Notes: a model not told the origin generated them from the letters alone. Positions 1 through 9,817 are shown, numbered from the stretch's first letter. The stretch is 32,504 bases of DNA from Campylobacterales bacterium (GCA_038205935.1 JBBRBK010000019.1:1-32504); one strand, 5' to 3'. Made by a program: numbers and translations.

Positions 1-118
1 AGGAATCAAATGTAAAATTTCTTCTACTAATTCTCCGTGAGGATCAACAACACAAACTCCTTCTCCATTTTGGATATTTTGAACTATGAGATTTGAAAGG
101 AGCACAGATTTACCAGTA
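1..118 (-). other. Fragment of a VirD4/TraG/HerA-FtsK-like P-loop ATPase (type IV coupling protein-like); runs off the window start and is cut at the junction near nt 118
   Basis: The minus frame 120->1 translates as (D)TGKSVLLSNLIVQNIQNGEGVCVVDPHGELVEEILHLIP with no stop. This is the end of a Walker A (TGKS) followed by the hhhDPHG motif typical of this family. The upstream GxxG part of Walker A is missing. Confidence 0.75.
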
Positions 119-696
119 TCATAAATGCTTACATGGGACAGAGTGCTTTGCCCTATATTATGATCTATGATCAGTTTGGGACTTTTATCGCCTTCGCTCT
201 ATATGGAACTTTTATCGTTTCTTACTATTCTCATAAGAGTGAAGTGAGTTTAAAGATCATCTCTTTTAAGATCATCACATTTCCCCCATTTATAGCACTT
301 ATACTTGCTTTATCGCTGATGGGAGTGGAGTTTGATGCGAATATTACAAAAGTATTGGCAACTTTGGCAAATACCATTGTTCCTGTTGCTCTTGTTGCTG
401 TTGGTCTTCAACTGCAACTGCGTCTTACTCGTGATGAACTTGCACCTTTTAGCGTCTCTCTTTTTATCAAGCTTATCGCCGCGCCGCTCGTCGCCATCCT
501 TGTTGTGAAATTTTTTGGATGGAGTGGTGAAGCAACAAATGTTGCCATCTTAGAAGCAGGAATGTCTCCGATGATAACGGCGGGAGCGATGGCTTCCATG
601 ACGGGACTAGCTCCAAAACTCAGCTCTTCCATCGTGGGATATGGCATACTTTTTTCGTTTTTGACTACGGGTGTATTGTATAGATTGATAGCCTGA
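118..696 (+). pseudogene. AEC family (auxin efflux carrier / membrane transport protein) transporter, 5'-truncated
   Basis: IINAYMGQSALPYIMIYDQFGTF...TFPPFIAL...PVALVAVGLQL...IKLIAAP...EAGMSP are AEC hallmarks. Only about 190 aa of a typically ~300-aa protein are present, with an in-frame TGA at 94-96 and unrelated sequence upstream of ~118. Confidence 0.8.
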
Positions 697-764
697 GTCG
701 AACTCTAGTTTAGCAATTGTTTAATCTAAAGCTGTATGATTATGATTAAATTTCCTATGTAAAG

Positions 765-1679
765 ATGTATAAAACCATGAATGAAATCAAAAACATACTA
801 GAATCATTAAATTTAATATATTATGAATATGATGAAAAAATGAATATTTTAGTATTAGATAAAAACTGCTCTAAAGAACTTACTTTTACAGAATTGATAA
901 ATATCACTTACGCGCTCAATAAAAAAAAGATTAACTTCTTTATTGATGAAAATAAAAATATCGTCATATCAGACTCAAATACTTTTTCAAATAAAATTCA
1001 AAGATATTTTAAAGCAATCTCTGCATACTTAAAGAACAGAAAAATAGATATCTATATCTTAAGTGACAAAAAAGTGAAATGGGCAAAAAACTTACCAATG
1101 TTTGAGATACAAGCTATAAAGCAAGATGTTGATTTTTCTGATTATGACGCGTTGATTTTCACATCTAAAAATGCAATTTATGCGCTTGACTCTTTTGATA
1201 AAACATGGAAGAAAAAACCAGCGTATGTCATAGCACCACAAACTGCTAAGATAGTGAAGCATTTAGGGGGAAATCTTAAATTTGTTGGAAAAGAAAAACA
1301 TGGAAATGAGTTTGCATTAGAGATAGTCAAAAAATTCAAACATGAAAAAGTTCTTTATATTCGAGCTTCGAAAATTGTCTCAGATTTTGTAGAGATTTTA
1401 AATACCAGCGACGTCACATGTGATGAATTAGTAGTGTATCAAACCGTATGTAAAGAGTTTGAAAAGCCAATAAAGTTACCTAAAAATTCAACTATCATCT
1501 TTTCATCTCCTTCTACGATTGAATGTTTTTTCAAAAACGTCGCTTGGGATGAAAGCTTTAAAGCGATATCCATAGGACATACAACTGCAAGATATTTCCC
1601 AGAAAACATCATTCCTGTCATTTCAGATACCACTTCGCTAGACTCTTGTGTTAAAAAAGCCATAGAGATAAATAGTTAA
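765..1679 (+). CDS. hemD: Uroporphyrinogen-III synthase (HemD) with an extra ~90-aa N-terminal region; start may be 777
   Basis: YDALIFTSKNA, LVVYQT, IIFSSPST and ISIGHTTA motifs of epsilonproteobacterial HemD in the C-terminal ~210 aa. Confidence 0.8.
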   Translation: MYKTMNEIKNILESLNLIYYEYDEKMNILVLDKNCSKELTFTELINITYALNKKKINFFIDENKNIVISDSNTFSNKIQRYFKAISAYLKNRKIDIYILSDKKVKWAKNLPMFEIQAIKQDVDFSDYDALIFTSKNAIYALDSFDKTWKKKPAYVIAPQTAKIVKHLGGNLKFVGKEKHGNEFALEIVKKFKHEKVLYIRASKIVSDFVEILNTSDVTCDELVVYQTVCKEFEKPIKLPKNSTIIFSSPSTIECFFKNVAWDESFKAISIGHTTARYFPENIIPVISDTTSLDSCVKKAIEINS

Positions 1680-2911
1680 TCTTCAAGAGATCCTGCCAAA
1701 TACCCACTTGCAAATGACCATTGCAAATTGTAGCCGCCGCAAGGGCCATCTATGTCCATCACTTCTCCGCAGAAATATAAACCTTTTACTATCTTGCTTT
1801 GCATCGTTTGAGGGCTGATCTCTTTAAGCGAGATGCCGCCACGCGTGATCATGGCCATTTTAAATCCGTCATGTCCTGTAACTGTTAGCGGAGTTGAGAT
1901 CAGAATTTTAAGAAGTTCTGCACGCTGTTTTCCCTCTAATTTCGCAAACTTCATAGAAGCCTCAGCGCCGACAAGTTTGCAGAGTTCACCGATAACAGAA
2001 GAGGGCAAGATGCCAAGTAAACTCTCTTCTATGGATGCATCAGGATTTTTCGCACTCTCATTTTTAAAATGGCGAAGCATCTCATCTTCATTCATCCCTT
2101 TTGTGAGATTTGCGATGATGGGAACTTCTCCAAGTTGGCTTAAAAGTGGAGTAATTTCACGAGCAAAATCAAGTACAACAGGCCCACGAATACCGTTTTT
2201 GGTAAAGATAAGATCACCTTTGGCCTTAAGCTTATTATATTTTTTAATATCAACACGCAGTTCGACTTTTGCAATGGTATCCGCGCGGCAGTTATCTGTC
2301 CAACTTTCTTTTGTGGAAAGTGGCATCATGGCTGGATATAGCTCAGTTGTTGTGTGTCCAAACAAAGAAGCAAGCGTGTAACCATCTCCCTCAGCACCAA
2401 GGGTAGGATATCCAAGTCCACCAGTTGCGATGATAATATTTGGTGCATAAAAAGTTTCAGTTTCAGTTTTTACACCGCTTAAAAGCTTATCATCACTGAG
2501 TAGCTCAGTCACTTTTTGTGAGGTTAAAATGCTTACATGTAAGCGAGTGAGTTCATCTTCTAAAGCTGTTAAAATCGTTTGTGAACTATGTCCTACAGGA
2601 AAGACGCGAAATCCATCGGGCGCGTGAGTTTCAACTCCGATCTCTTTGAAAAAAGTTATGAGAGCGTTATGATCGAGCAGAGTAAGAGCGTCGCGCATAA
2701 AGCGACCATTTCTTCCAAACTTTGCCATAAAATCTTCATTAGAAAGGGTATTTGTAAGATTGCAACGTCCACCGCCAGTGGCTTTGAGTTTTGCTCCGAG
2801 CTTTGAGAGTTTCTCTAGTAAAAGTACTTTTTTACCATCACGACCCGCTTTGATGGCGGCAATCATTCCAGCAGCACCCGAACCTATAACGATAAGATCA
2901 TATTTATTCAT
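1676..2911 (-). CDS. HI0933/BaiN/YhiN-family NAD(P)/FAD-dependent oxidoreductase
   Basis: GSGAAG dinucleotide-binding motif, GGGRCNLTN, GRVFP-like FRVFP, ATGG, TRGG, GEVMDIDGPCGGYNLQW. ATG at 2911 follows AGGG. Its stop overlaps the hemD stop (TTAA 1676-1679). Confidence 0.93.
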   Translation of the reverse strand: MNKYDLIVIGSGAAGMIAAIKAGRDGKKVLLLEKLSKLGAKLKATGGGRCNLTNTLSNEDFMAKFGRNGRFMRDALTLLDHNALITFFKEIGVETHAPDGFRVFPVGHSSQTILTALEDELTRLHVSILTSQKVTELLSDDKLLSGVKTETETFYAPNIIIATGGLGYPTLGAEGDGYTLASLFGHTTTELYPAMMPLSTKESWTDNCRADTIAKVELRVDIKKYNKLKAKGDLIFTKNGIRGPVVLDFAREITPLLSQLGEVPIIANLTKGMNEDEMLRHFKNESAKNPDASIEESLLGILPSSVIGELCKLVGAEASMKFAKLEGKQRAELLKILISTPLTVTGHDGFKMAMITRGGISLKEISPQTMQSKIVKGLYFCGEVMDIDGPCGGYNLQWSFASGYLAGSLED

Positions 2912-2983
2912 GTACACCCTTTAAAGTTCAAAATTGTATCCAAGAATTGTTAGCTTTGCCTTTATTTATTGATAAAAAGAGAC

Positions 2984-2989
2984 TATAAT
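2984..2989 (+). promoter_or_regulatory. Putative sigma70 -10 box for the ClC gene
   Basis: TATAAT about 25 nt upstream of ATG 3014, with an AGGA RBS at 3002-3005. Confidence 0.5.
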
Positions 2990-3013
2990 AAGGCACTTCA
3001 TAGGAAAGAATTC

Positions 3014-4423
3014 ATGTTGAAACAACATATCACCGAGCAAACTGTTATATTTTTTAGTGTCTTTAAATGGTTGATACTTTCATCCGTCATAGGTATCATG
3101 ATTGGTTATCTGATGTCTCTTTTTTTAAAGACTTTGCAATATTCGCAACCCACGCGAGACATACTTCCTTTTTCATATTATTATATTCTTCCTTTTGGGC
3201 TTATGCTTACCGTCTGGATAATCCAGACATTCGATAAAAATGCCACAGGGCACGGCACTGAAAAAGTCATAGAAGCGATCCATAAAGAGGATGGTTACAT
3301 CAATGCCAAAGTTATTCCTGTAAAACTTGTAGCAACGGTCATAACCATCTTTTCTGGAGGTTCTGTAGGAAAAGAGGGTCCAGGAGCGCAGATAGGAGCA
3401 GGTGCGGCTTCATTTGTGGCGACGCTGCTAAAATTTTCAAAACAAGATAGAAAAAAGATAGTTATCTGCGGTATCAGTGCGGGTTTTGCTTCTGTTTTTG
3501 GTACGCCTATCGCGGGAGCAATATTTGGTATCGAAGTGCTTATCGTCGGCGTGATTATGTATGATGTTCTTTTGCCTTCCTTCATTGCCGGATTTGCGGC
3601 TTTTACGACTGCTCAATTTTTTGGTGTGAAATATCCATATTATGACATTAACTTCTTTCGCTCTATCACTCTTGATCTGCCATTAATAGGAGAAGTTATT
3701 TTAGCGGGTATCTTTTTTGGGATCGTCTCAGACTCTTTTATCACTTTTGTCAATAAGAGTGAATCACTTATTCACAAAATACCTTACAACAGATATCTCA
3801 AAGCTTTTGTTGCCGGTTTTATAATGGTCGCCATTACTCTGCTTGTCTCAGATAAATATCTAGGTCTAGGACTAAATACAATCAACAATGCCATCGATCC
3901 AAGTCTACACATGCAAGGAAGTATTCATTGGTATGATTTCATCCTTAAAACAGTTTTTACGGCTCTTTCTTTGGGTGTTGGAGGAAGTGGCGGGATTATA
4001 ACTCCTATCTTCTATGTAGGAGCGACAAGTGGTGTCGTTTTTGGTGATGTGATGGGAAATAATATAGCACTTTTTGCAGCACTAGGCTTTGTCAGTGTAT
4101 TGGCAGGAACAACAAATACTCCTATAGCATCTATCATTATGGCTGTTGAACTTTTTGGAACAAATATGGCAAACTATGCTGCACTTAGCGTTGTTATAGC
4201 TTTTTTGATCACCGGACATCGAAGTGTTTTTCAGTCTCAAAAAATGGCATTTAAGAAAGCTGATAACATCACTATCGTCGAGGGTGAAGATATGGAACAT
4301 ACCACAATAAATATTAATATGAAAGATATTGATAAAATAAAAAATATGCAAGAAAAAATTGGTACAAGGCGTTTTAGACGAAATGTAAGATCTATCTTTA
4401 GAAAAGATAAAAAAGAGAAGTAA
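3014..4423 (+). CDS. ClC-family chloride channel / H+-anion antiporter without CBS domains
   Basis: GHGTE, GGSVGKEGP, FGTPIAGAIFGIEV, GGSGGIITP and TPIASIIMAVELFG motifs with many TM helices. ATG 3014 follows AGGA; the ORF track start at 2969 is TTG. Confidence 0.9.
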   Translation: MLKQHITEQTVIFFSVFKWLILSSVIGIMIGYLMSLFLKTLQYSQPTRDILPFSYYYILPFGLMLTVWIIQTFDKNATGHGTEKVIEAIHKEDGYINAKVIPVKLVATVITIFSGGSVGKEGPGAQIGAGAASFVATLLKFSKQDRKKIVICGISAGFASVFGTPIAGAIFGIEVLIVGVIMYDVLLPSFIAGFAAFTTAQFFGVKYPYYDINFFRSITLDLPLIGEVILAGIFFGIVSDSFITFVNKSESLIHKIPYNRYLKAFVAGFIMVAITLLVSDKYLGLGLNTINNAIDPSLHMQGSIHWYDFILKTVFTALSLGVGGSGGIITPIFYVGATSGVVFGDVMGNNIALFAALGFVSVLAGTTNTPIASIIMAVELFGTNMANYAALSVVIAFLITGHRSVFQSQKMAFKKADNITIVEGEDMEHTTININMKDIDKIKNMQEKIGTRRFRRNVRSIFRKDKKEK

Positions 4424-4426
4424 TTA

Positions 4427-4435
4427 TGGTATAAT
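4427..4435 (+). promoter_or_regulatory. Extended -10 promoter (TGGTATAAT) for rhlE
   Basis: TGnTATAAT consensus directly after the ClC stop, implying a ~130-nt leader before ATG 4573. Confidence 0.65.
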
Positions 4436-4572
4436 CCGCCAAATTATTTGTGCTTCGGTTCACAACTGACTTCGTTTTTATTCTTCTATTTAAACATATT
4501 TTTCGTAGCCTAAATCGACATTTGTTACATGTAACACTTCCAGCGGGCTAACACACACAAGGTACTTTCATA

Positions 4573-5808
4573 ATGTCATTTTCATCATTAGGGCTCAGCG
4601 CTCCTTTACTTAAAGCGATCCAAGATCAAGGCTACACTCAGCCAACACCCATTCAAAAACAGTCTATTCCAGTAATTTTGAGCGGAAAAGATGTCCTAGC
4701 GGGCGCTCAAACGGGCACGGGAAAAACAGCGGGATTTACACTTCCTTTACTTCAAATGCTAGGAGAGGAGAAAAAGTCAGGTCACTATATTCGTGCTTTG
4801 ATACTCACACCTACGCGCGAGCTTGCGGCTCAAGTCGGTGATAGCGTTGCTACTTATGGCAAATATTTGCCTTTTAAATCAAGCGTCATTTTTGGTGGTG
4901 TGAGCATCAATCCTCAAATCAAACAGCTTCAAGCTGGTCTTGATATCGTCATCGCAACTCCGGGTCGTTTACTTGATCATGTGAGTCAAAAAACGATAGA
5001 TCTTTCTAAAGTGGAATTTTTAATCCTCGATGAAGCAGATAGAATGCTTGATATGGGTTTTATCAACGATATTAAAAAAGTGCTTGCGATTTTGCCAAAA
5101 AAACGTCAAAACCTTCTTTTTTCTGCAACATTTTCAGATGAGATCAAAAGACTTGCAGATTCACTTTTAAACTCTCCTGCACTTATCGAAGTGGCAAAAA
5201 GAAATGCAACATCGGGCAATATCAAACAAACAATCCATCCAGTTGATAGAGAGCGCAAAAAAGAGCTTTTGACTCACCTTATAAAAGAGGGTGACTGGAA
5301 ACAAGTTTTAGTTTTTACAAGAACAAAACATGGAGCAAATAAGCTTATGGCTCAGCTTGAAAAAGATGGCATTACAGCCGCGGCGATTCATGGAAACAAA
5401 AGCCAAAACGCAAGAACAAAAGCGCTTGCTGATTTTAAAAACGGTGAAGTACGTGTACTTGTTGCAACTGATATCGCAGCGCGCGGGATAGATATAGATC
5501 AGCTTCCTCACGTTGTAAACTTTGAACTTCCAAATGTTGCAGAGGATTATGTGCATCGTATTGGTAGAACAGGGCGTGCTGGAAACGGCGGAGAGGCGAT
5601 CTCTCTTGTTTGTGTGGATGAACATGAGTATCTTAAAGGGATTGAAAAGCTTATCAAGCAAGATATTCCAAAACATACGATTAAAGAGTTTACGCCAGAT
5701 CCATTCATAAAAGCGGAACCGATCCAACAAAGAAGTAACCAAAGAAATAATCACGCCAGACCAAAAACGGCGGCGCAACGTCCTTCAAACCAAAGAAGAG
5801 GGAGATAA
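4573..5808 (+). CDS. rhlE: DEAD-box RNA helicase, RhlE-like
   Basis: Q motif, [41 protein letters not shown], and a basic C-terminal tail. Confidence 0.93.
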   Translation: MSFSSLGLSAPLLKAIQDQGYTQPTPIQKQSIPVILSGKDVLAGAQTGTGKTAGFTLPLLQMLGEEKKSGHYIRALILTPTRELAAQVGDSVATYGKYLPFKSSVIFGGVSINPQIKQLQAGLDIVIATPGRLLDHVSQKTIDLSKVEFLILDEADRMLDMGFINDIKKVLAILPKKRQNLLFSATFSDEIKRLADSLLNSPALIEVAKRNATSGNIKQTIHPVDRERKKELLTHLIKEGDWKQVLVFTRTKHGANKLMAQLEKDGITAAAIHGNKSQNARTKALADFKNGEVRVLVATDIAARGIDIDQLPHVVNFELPNVAEDYVHRIGRTGRAGNGGEAISLVCVDEHEYLKGIEKLIKQDIPKHTIKEFTPDPFIKAEPIQQRSNQRNNHARPKTAAQRPSNQRRGR

Positions 5809-5822
5809 TCCTCTTCCTTTGT
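5792..5822 (+). terminator. Putative intrinsic terminator at the rhlE stop
   Basis: GAAGAGG (5795-5801) pairs with CCTCTTC (5810-5816), followed by a T-rich run. Confidence 0.5.
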
Positions 5823-5988
5823 CTTCCATCTTTTAAGAGCTATTAAATTTTTTTCAAACCCTTCCCTCAGTCTTTTTAACAGACAAATATTGATTTTTTC
5901 TTTATGTAATAACACTTTTATTTGAGCTTTTTTTGACTAGTTTTGAGGATATTATTATGCTTGAAATCTATTTTACGTGGAGTCAAGC

Positions 5989-6078
5989 ATGATGTTTGAA
6001 ATTATTGCAGGTGCAACGCTTGCGATCTCGTTGTTTTTTTACTTCGTTTATACCCTTGTAAAGATTGAGGAGCTATAA
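5989..6078 (+). CDS. kdpF: K+-transporting ATPase subunit F (29 aa; not in the ORF track)
   Basis: MMFEIIAGATLAISLFFYFVYTLVKIEEL* is a single TM helix with a KdpF-like YxxYxL...EE end. GGAG RBS at 5979-5982; the stop abuts the kdpA ATG. Confidence 0.85.
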   Translation: MMFEIIAGATLAISLFFYFVYTLVKIEEL

Positions 6079-7776
6079 ATGGAAGTAATGGACATGGTAT
6101 TATTTGCGTTATTCGCAATTGTAGTAGTTGTTTCAGGATATTTTCTTGGAAACTATATTTATAAGATTTTTGATGGACAAAAAACATTTTTGGATTCCAT
6201 AATGACGCCTATTGAAAATCTTCTGTTTCGTGTATCTGAGATTGATTCAGATAAATCTCAAAGTTTTAAAGAGTATTCAATATCGCTGATGGTTTTTAAT
6301 ATCATCGGAATTTTTATACTGTTTCTTATTTTATTTTTTCAAAGTGTATTACCTCTTAATCCCCAAAATTTTTCAAATTTAAATTGGAATTTAGCGCTAA
6401 ATACCGCAGTGAGTTTTGTGACCAACACAAACTGGCAAAGCTACTCTGGAGAAAGTACTATGAGTTACTTTTCCCAAATGGTGGGACTGAGTATTCAAAA
6501 CTTTCTCTCAGCTGCTACTGGAGCCGCTGTGGCCGTAGCATTAATGCGTGGTTTATCTGGTAGAGGAATCGGTAATTTTTACGTTGATATGACAAAAACA
6601 ACATTTCGTCTCTTATTACCGCTTGCTTTAATTTATGCCGTGTTTCTTCTTTCACAAGGGGTAATTCAAACTTTTTCAGCATATATTGATGTTACCACGA
6701 TAGAAGGTGTCAAGCAAACATTGGCGATGGGTCCAGTAGCGAGTCAAGAAGCGATCAAAATGGTGGGAACGAACGGCGGCGGATTTTTTAATGCGAACAG
6801 CGCACATCCGTTTGAGAACCCGAATGAACTGACCAATTTTATTCAAATTATCTCTATCTTTTTGATTCCGGTAGCTTTGTTATTTGCGTACGGTAAATTT
6901 GCCGGTAACCGTAGAGAAGGAGTAGCAATTTTGCTAGCGATGTCTCTGTTGTTTGCATTGACGCTGGGAGCAACTTACTACGCTGAATCTCATGGCAATA
7001 CAATGCTAAGCTCTTTGGGTGTTGAAGGTGGCACAAGTATGGAGGGCAAAGAAGTTCGATTTGCATTAGGCGGTTCGAGTTTGTTTGCTACGGTAACAAC
7101 GGCAGCTTCATGTGGTGCAGTTAATTCGATGCATGACAGTTTTTCTCCTCTTGCGGGAGGTGTTTTGATGCTTCAGATGATGGTTGGAGAAGTGATCTTC
7201 GGCGGTGTCGGAGCAGGATTTTATGGAATGATGATCTATGTCCTTTTATCGATGTTTATGATCGGGCTAATGGTTGGGAAAACACCGATGTATTTAGGTA
7301 AAAAGATCGAAGCATATGAGATTAAAGCAGTCATTATTGCTCTTTTACTTCCATCAATAGCTATTTTAGGCTTTTCCGCAATTGCCGCGAATTATTCTGG
7401 AGCTTTGAGTAGCCTTAACAATGGAGGACCGCATGGTTTGGGTGAAATACTCTATGCCTATACATCAGCAGCAGCGAATAATGGTAGTGCATTCGCAGGA
7501 CTCAATGCCAATACGCCATTTTATAACATCACGTTGGCGATTGCCATGTTTATCGGTCGTTTCGGAGTGATTATTCCGATGATTGCGATCGCTGCTAGTA
7601 TGTCGAACAAAAAAACGTATGCGCTCTCTGTGGGCTCTGTGAAAAGCGATAATGCAACCTTTACCATCTTTTTGGTTTTTACGGTGCTTATTTTAGGAGC
7701 GTTGACCTTCTTGCCGTCATTAACGTTTACGGCGATTGCCGAACATGTACTTATGCTTTCCGGCAAGCTGTATTAA
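6079..7776 (+). CDS. kdpA: K+-transporting ATPase subunit A
   Basis: SFVTNTNWQSYSGE, GTNGGGFF, SCGAVNSMHDS and NNGSAF filter motifs; GAGGAG RBS. Confidence 0.97.
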   Translation: MEVMDMVLFALFAIVVVVSGYFLGNYIYKIFDGQKTFLDSIMTPIENLLFRVSEIDSDKSQSFKEYSISLMVFNIIGIFILFLILFFQSVLPLNPQNFSNLNWNLALNTAVSFVTNTNWQSYSGESTMSYFSQMVGLSIQNFLSAATGAAVAVALMRGLSGRGIGNFYVDMTKTTFRLLLPLALIYAVFLLSQGVIQTFSAYIDVTTIEGVKQTLAMGPVASQEAIKMVGTNGGGFFNANSAHPFENPNELTNFIQIISIFLIPVALLFAYGKFAGNRREGVAILLAMSLLFALTLGATYYAESHGNTMLSSLGVEGGTSMEGKEVRFALGGSSLFATVTTAASCGAVNSMHDSFSPLAGGVLMLQMMVGEVIFGGVGAGFYGMMIYVLLSMFMIGLMVGKTPMYLGKKIEAYEIKAVIIALLLPSIAILGFSAIAANYSGALSSLNNGGPHGLGEILYAYTSAAANNGSAFAGLNANTPFYNITLAIAMFIGRFGVIIPMIAIAASMSNKKTYALSVGSVKSDNATFTIFLVFTVLILGALTFLPSLTFTAIAEHVLMLSGKLY

Positions 7777-7785
7777 GGAAATAGA

Positions 7786-9807
7786 ATGAAAAAAACGATT
7801 CAAATAAATAATAATGCAATTATAGTTGGTGCACTCAAAGAGTCATTTACAAGACTCAATCCTAAGCATCAGATTAAAAACCCAGTGATATTCGCCGTAA
7901 CTTTAAGTTCGGCGTTTTGTACACTCCTTTTCATTAGCGGCAATTTTGAGCAAGCTGATTTTTGGTTCAATCTTCAGCTTCTATTTTGGCTATGGTTTAC
8001 TGTCTTGTTCGCCAACTTTGCCGAAGCATTGGCAGAGGGGAGAGGTAAGGCACAAGCGTCAAGTCTACGTCAAAGTCAAAGCGATTTAAAAGCTAATCGT
8101 CTTATCGGAGATAAAACCGAATTTATTGACGCTTCCTTACTCAAAAAAGGGGATGTCGTTATTATCAAAGCAGGAGAACTTGTTCCAGCCGATGGTGAAG
8201 TGATCGAAGGGGTAGCCAGTGTCAATGAAAGTGCGATTACTGGAGAGTCTGCTCCTGTTATAAGAGAGAGTGGAGGAGATAGAAGCTCAGTTACGGGCGG
8301 AACAAGCGTTCTTTCGGATTGGATAAAAGTACGAGTATCGGCAGCTAAAGGGGAAAGTTTCCTTGATAAGATGATTTTACTCGTAGAGGGAGCAAAACGA
8401 CAAAAAACGCCTAATGAAATTGCTCTTAGTCTGATTCTAATTGGATTTAGTTTAATCTTTTTACTCTCGGTAGCGACACTGCAACCTTTAGTAGGATATT
8501 TTCATGGGTCATTTTCTTTACTTGTTCTAGTTGCGCTATTTGTCTGTTTGATCCCAACAACCATCGGTGGTTTACTCAGTGCGATAGGCATTGCAGGAAT
8601 GGATAGATTGTTACGTAAAAATGTTATTGCTACCAGCGGTAAAGCGGTTGAGACTGCTGGAGATATCTCGGTATTGCTTCTTGATAAAACAGGAACGATT
8701 ACTTTTGGTAACCGTATGGCTAGTGAATTTTTTACTCTCTCTGGCACAAATAAAGATGAATTACTCTCTTACGCAGTTCTATCATCAAACGCAGATGAAA
8801 CTCCTGAGGGACGCAGTATTGTTGCTCTTGCTGATTCAATGAACGCAAAAGTTTTAGTGCTAGATGGAGAAGAAACTTGGATTCCTTTTAGTGCCGATAC
8901 TCGCTTGAGCGGTGTCAATATTGGAGATATTCATATCCGTAAAGGAGCTATGGACTCGGTCGCAAAATTTGTTGAAATATATGGCGGATTCTTAGATACT
9001 GAAGCTAGAGAGGTTTGCGAAAAAATTGCCAAAGAAGGGGCTACTCCTCTTGTTATCGCAGTCAATGCAAAAATATTGGGCGTAGTTATGCTCAAAGATA
9101 TTGTTAAACCGGGGATTAAAAGCAAATTTGCGGAACTGCGCCTTATGGGGATTAAAACGGTAATGATTACTGGAGATAACCCTCTCACTGCGGCGGCTAT
9201 TGCAGCTGAAGCAGGTGTTGATGATTTTGTGGCAGAGGCAACACCTGAGACGAAAATTCGTTTGATTCAACAGTACCAAAAGGAGGGGTATTTGGTTGCT
9301 ATGACTGGTGATGGAACGAACGATGCACCGGCATTAGCGCAGGCGGATGTAGGATTGGCTATGAACAGCGGGACGCAGTCGGCAAAAGAAGCGGCAAATA
9401 TGATCGACCTTGACAGTAGTCCTACAAAACTACTCGAAATTGTGGAAGTTGGAAAACAGCTCCTTTCCACGCGTGGAGCATTGACAACCTTCAGTATTGC
9501 CAATGACGTGGCAAAATACTTTGCCGTTATTCCCGCAATGGCAGTTATTATTTTTCCATCGTTGGCAGTGCTCAATGTTATGGATTTGGTTAGCCCTAAA
9601 AGTGCGATTTTATCGGCAGTAATTTTCAATGCGCTGATTATTGTCGCGCTTATCCCAGTGGCATTACGTGGAGCAGCATTTAAGGCTCAAAGTGAAGAAG
9701 CAGCACTCAGACGTAATCTCGCAGTTTACGGGATTGGGGGAATTATCACCCCTTTTATCGGCATTAAACTAATAGATATGCTGATTAATGCACTCGGTTT
9801 GGTATAA
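7786..9807 (+). CDS. kdpB: K+-transporting P-type ATPase subunit B
   Basis: [19 protein letters not shown] phosphorylation site, TGDN and GDGTND. Confidence 0.97.
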   Translation: MKKTIQINNNAIIVGALKESFTRLNPKHQIKNPVIFAVTLSSAFCTLLFISGNFEQADFWFNLQLLFWLWFTVLFANFAEALAEGRGKAQASSLRQSQSDLKANRLIGDKTEFIDASLLKKGDVVIIKAGELVPADGEVIEGVASVNESAITGESAPVIRESGGDRSSVTGGTSVLSDWIKVRVSAAKGESFLDKMILLVEGAKRQKTPNEIALSLILIGFSLIFLLSVATLQPLVGYFHGSFSLLVLVALFVCLIPTTIGGLLSAIGIAGMDRLLRKNVIATSGKAVETAGDISVLLLDKTGTITFGNRMASEFFTLSGTNKDELLSYAVLSSNADETPEGRSIVALADSMNAKVLVLDGEETWIPFSADTRLSGVNIGDIHIRKGAMDSVAKFVEIYGGFLDTEAREVCEKIAKEGATPLVIAVNAKILGVVMLKDIVKPGIKSKFAELRLMGIKTVMITGDNPLTAAAIAAEAGVDDFVAEATPETKIRLIQQYQKEGYLVAMTGDGTNDAPALAQADVGLAMNSGTQSAKEAANMIDLDSSPTKLLEIVEVGKQLLSTRGALTTFSIANDVAKYFAVIPAMAVIIFPSLAVLNVMDLVSPKSAILSAVIFNALIIVALIPVALRGAAFKAQSEEAALRRNLAVYGIGGIITPFIGIKLIDMLINALGLV

Positions 9808-9817
9808 GGAGAGAAAG

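Noticed and set aside
133..696. Complete 187-aa protein starting at ATG 133
   Set aside because: AEC similarity extends upstream of this Met and about a third of the family length is missing, so it is an internal Met of a truncated gene.
2918..3013. Fluoride riboswitch upstream of the ClC gene
   Set aside because: No GGnGATGG...GATGAC-type consensus, and the leader is only about 20 nt.
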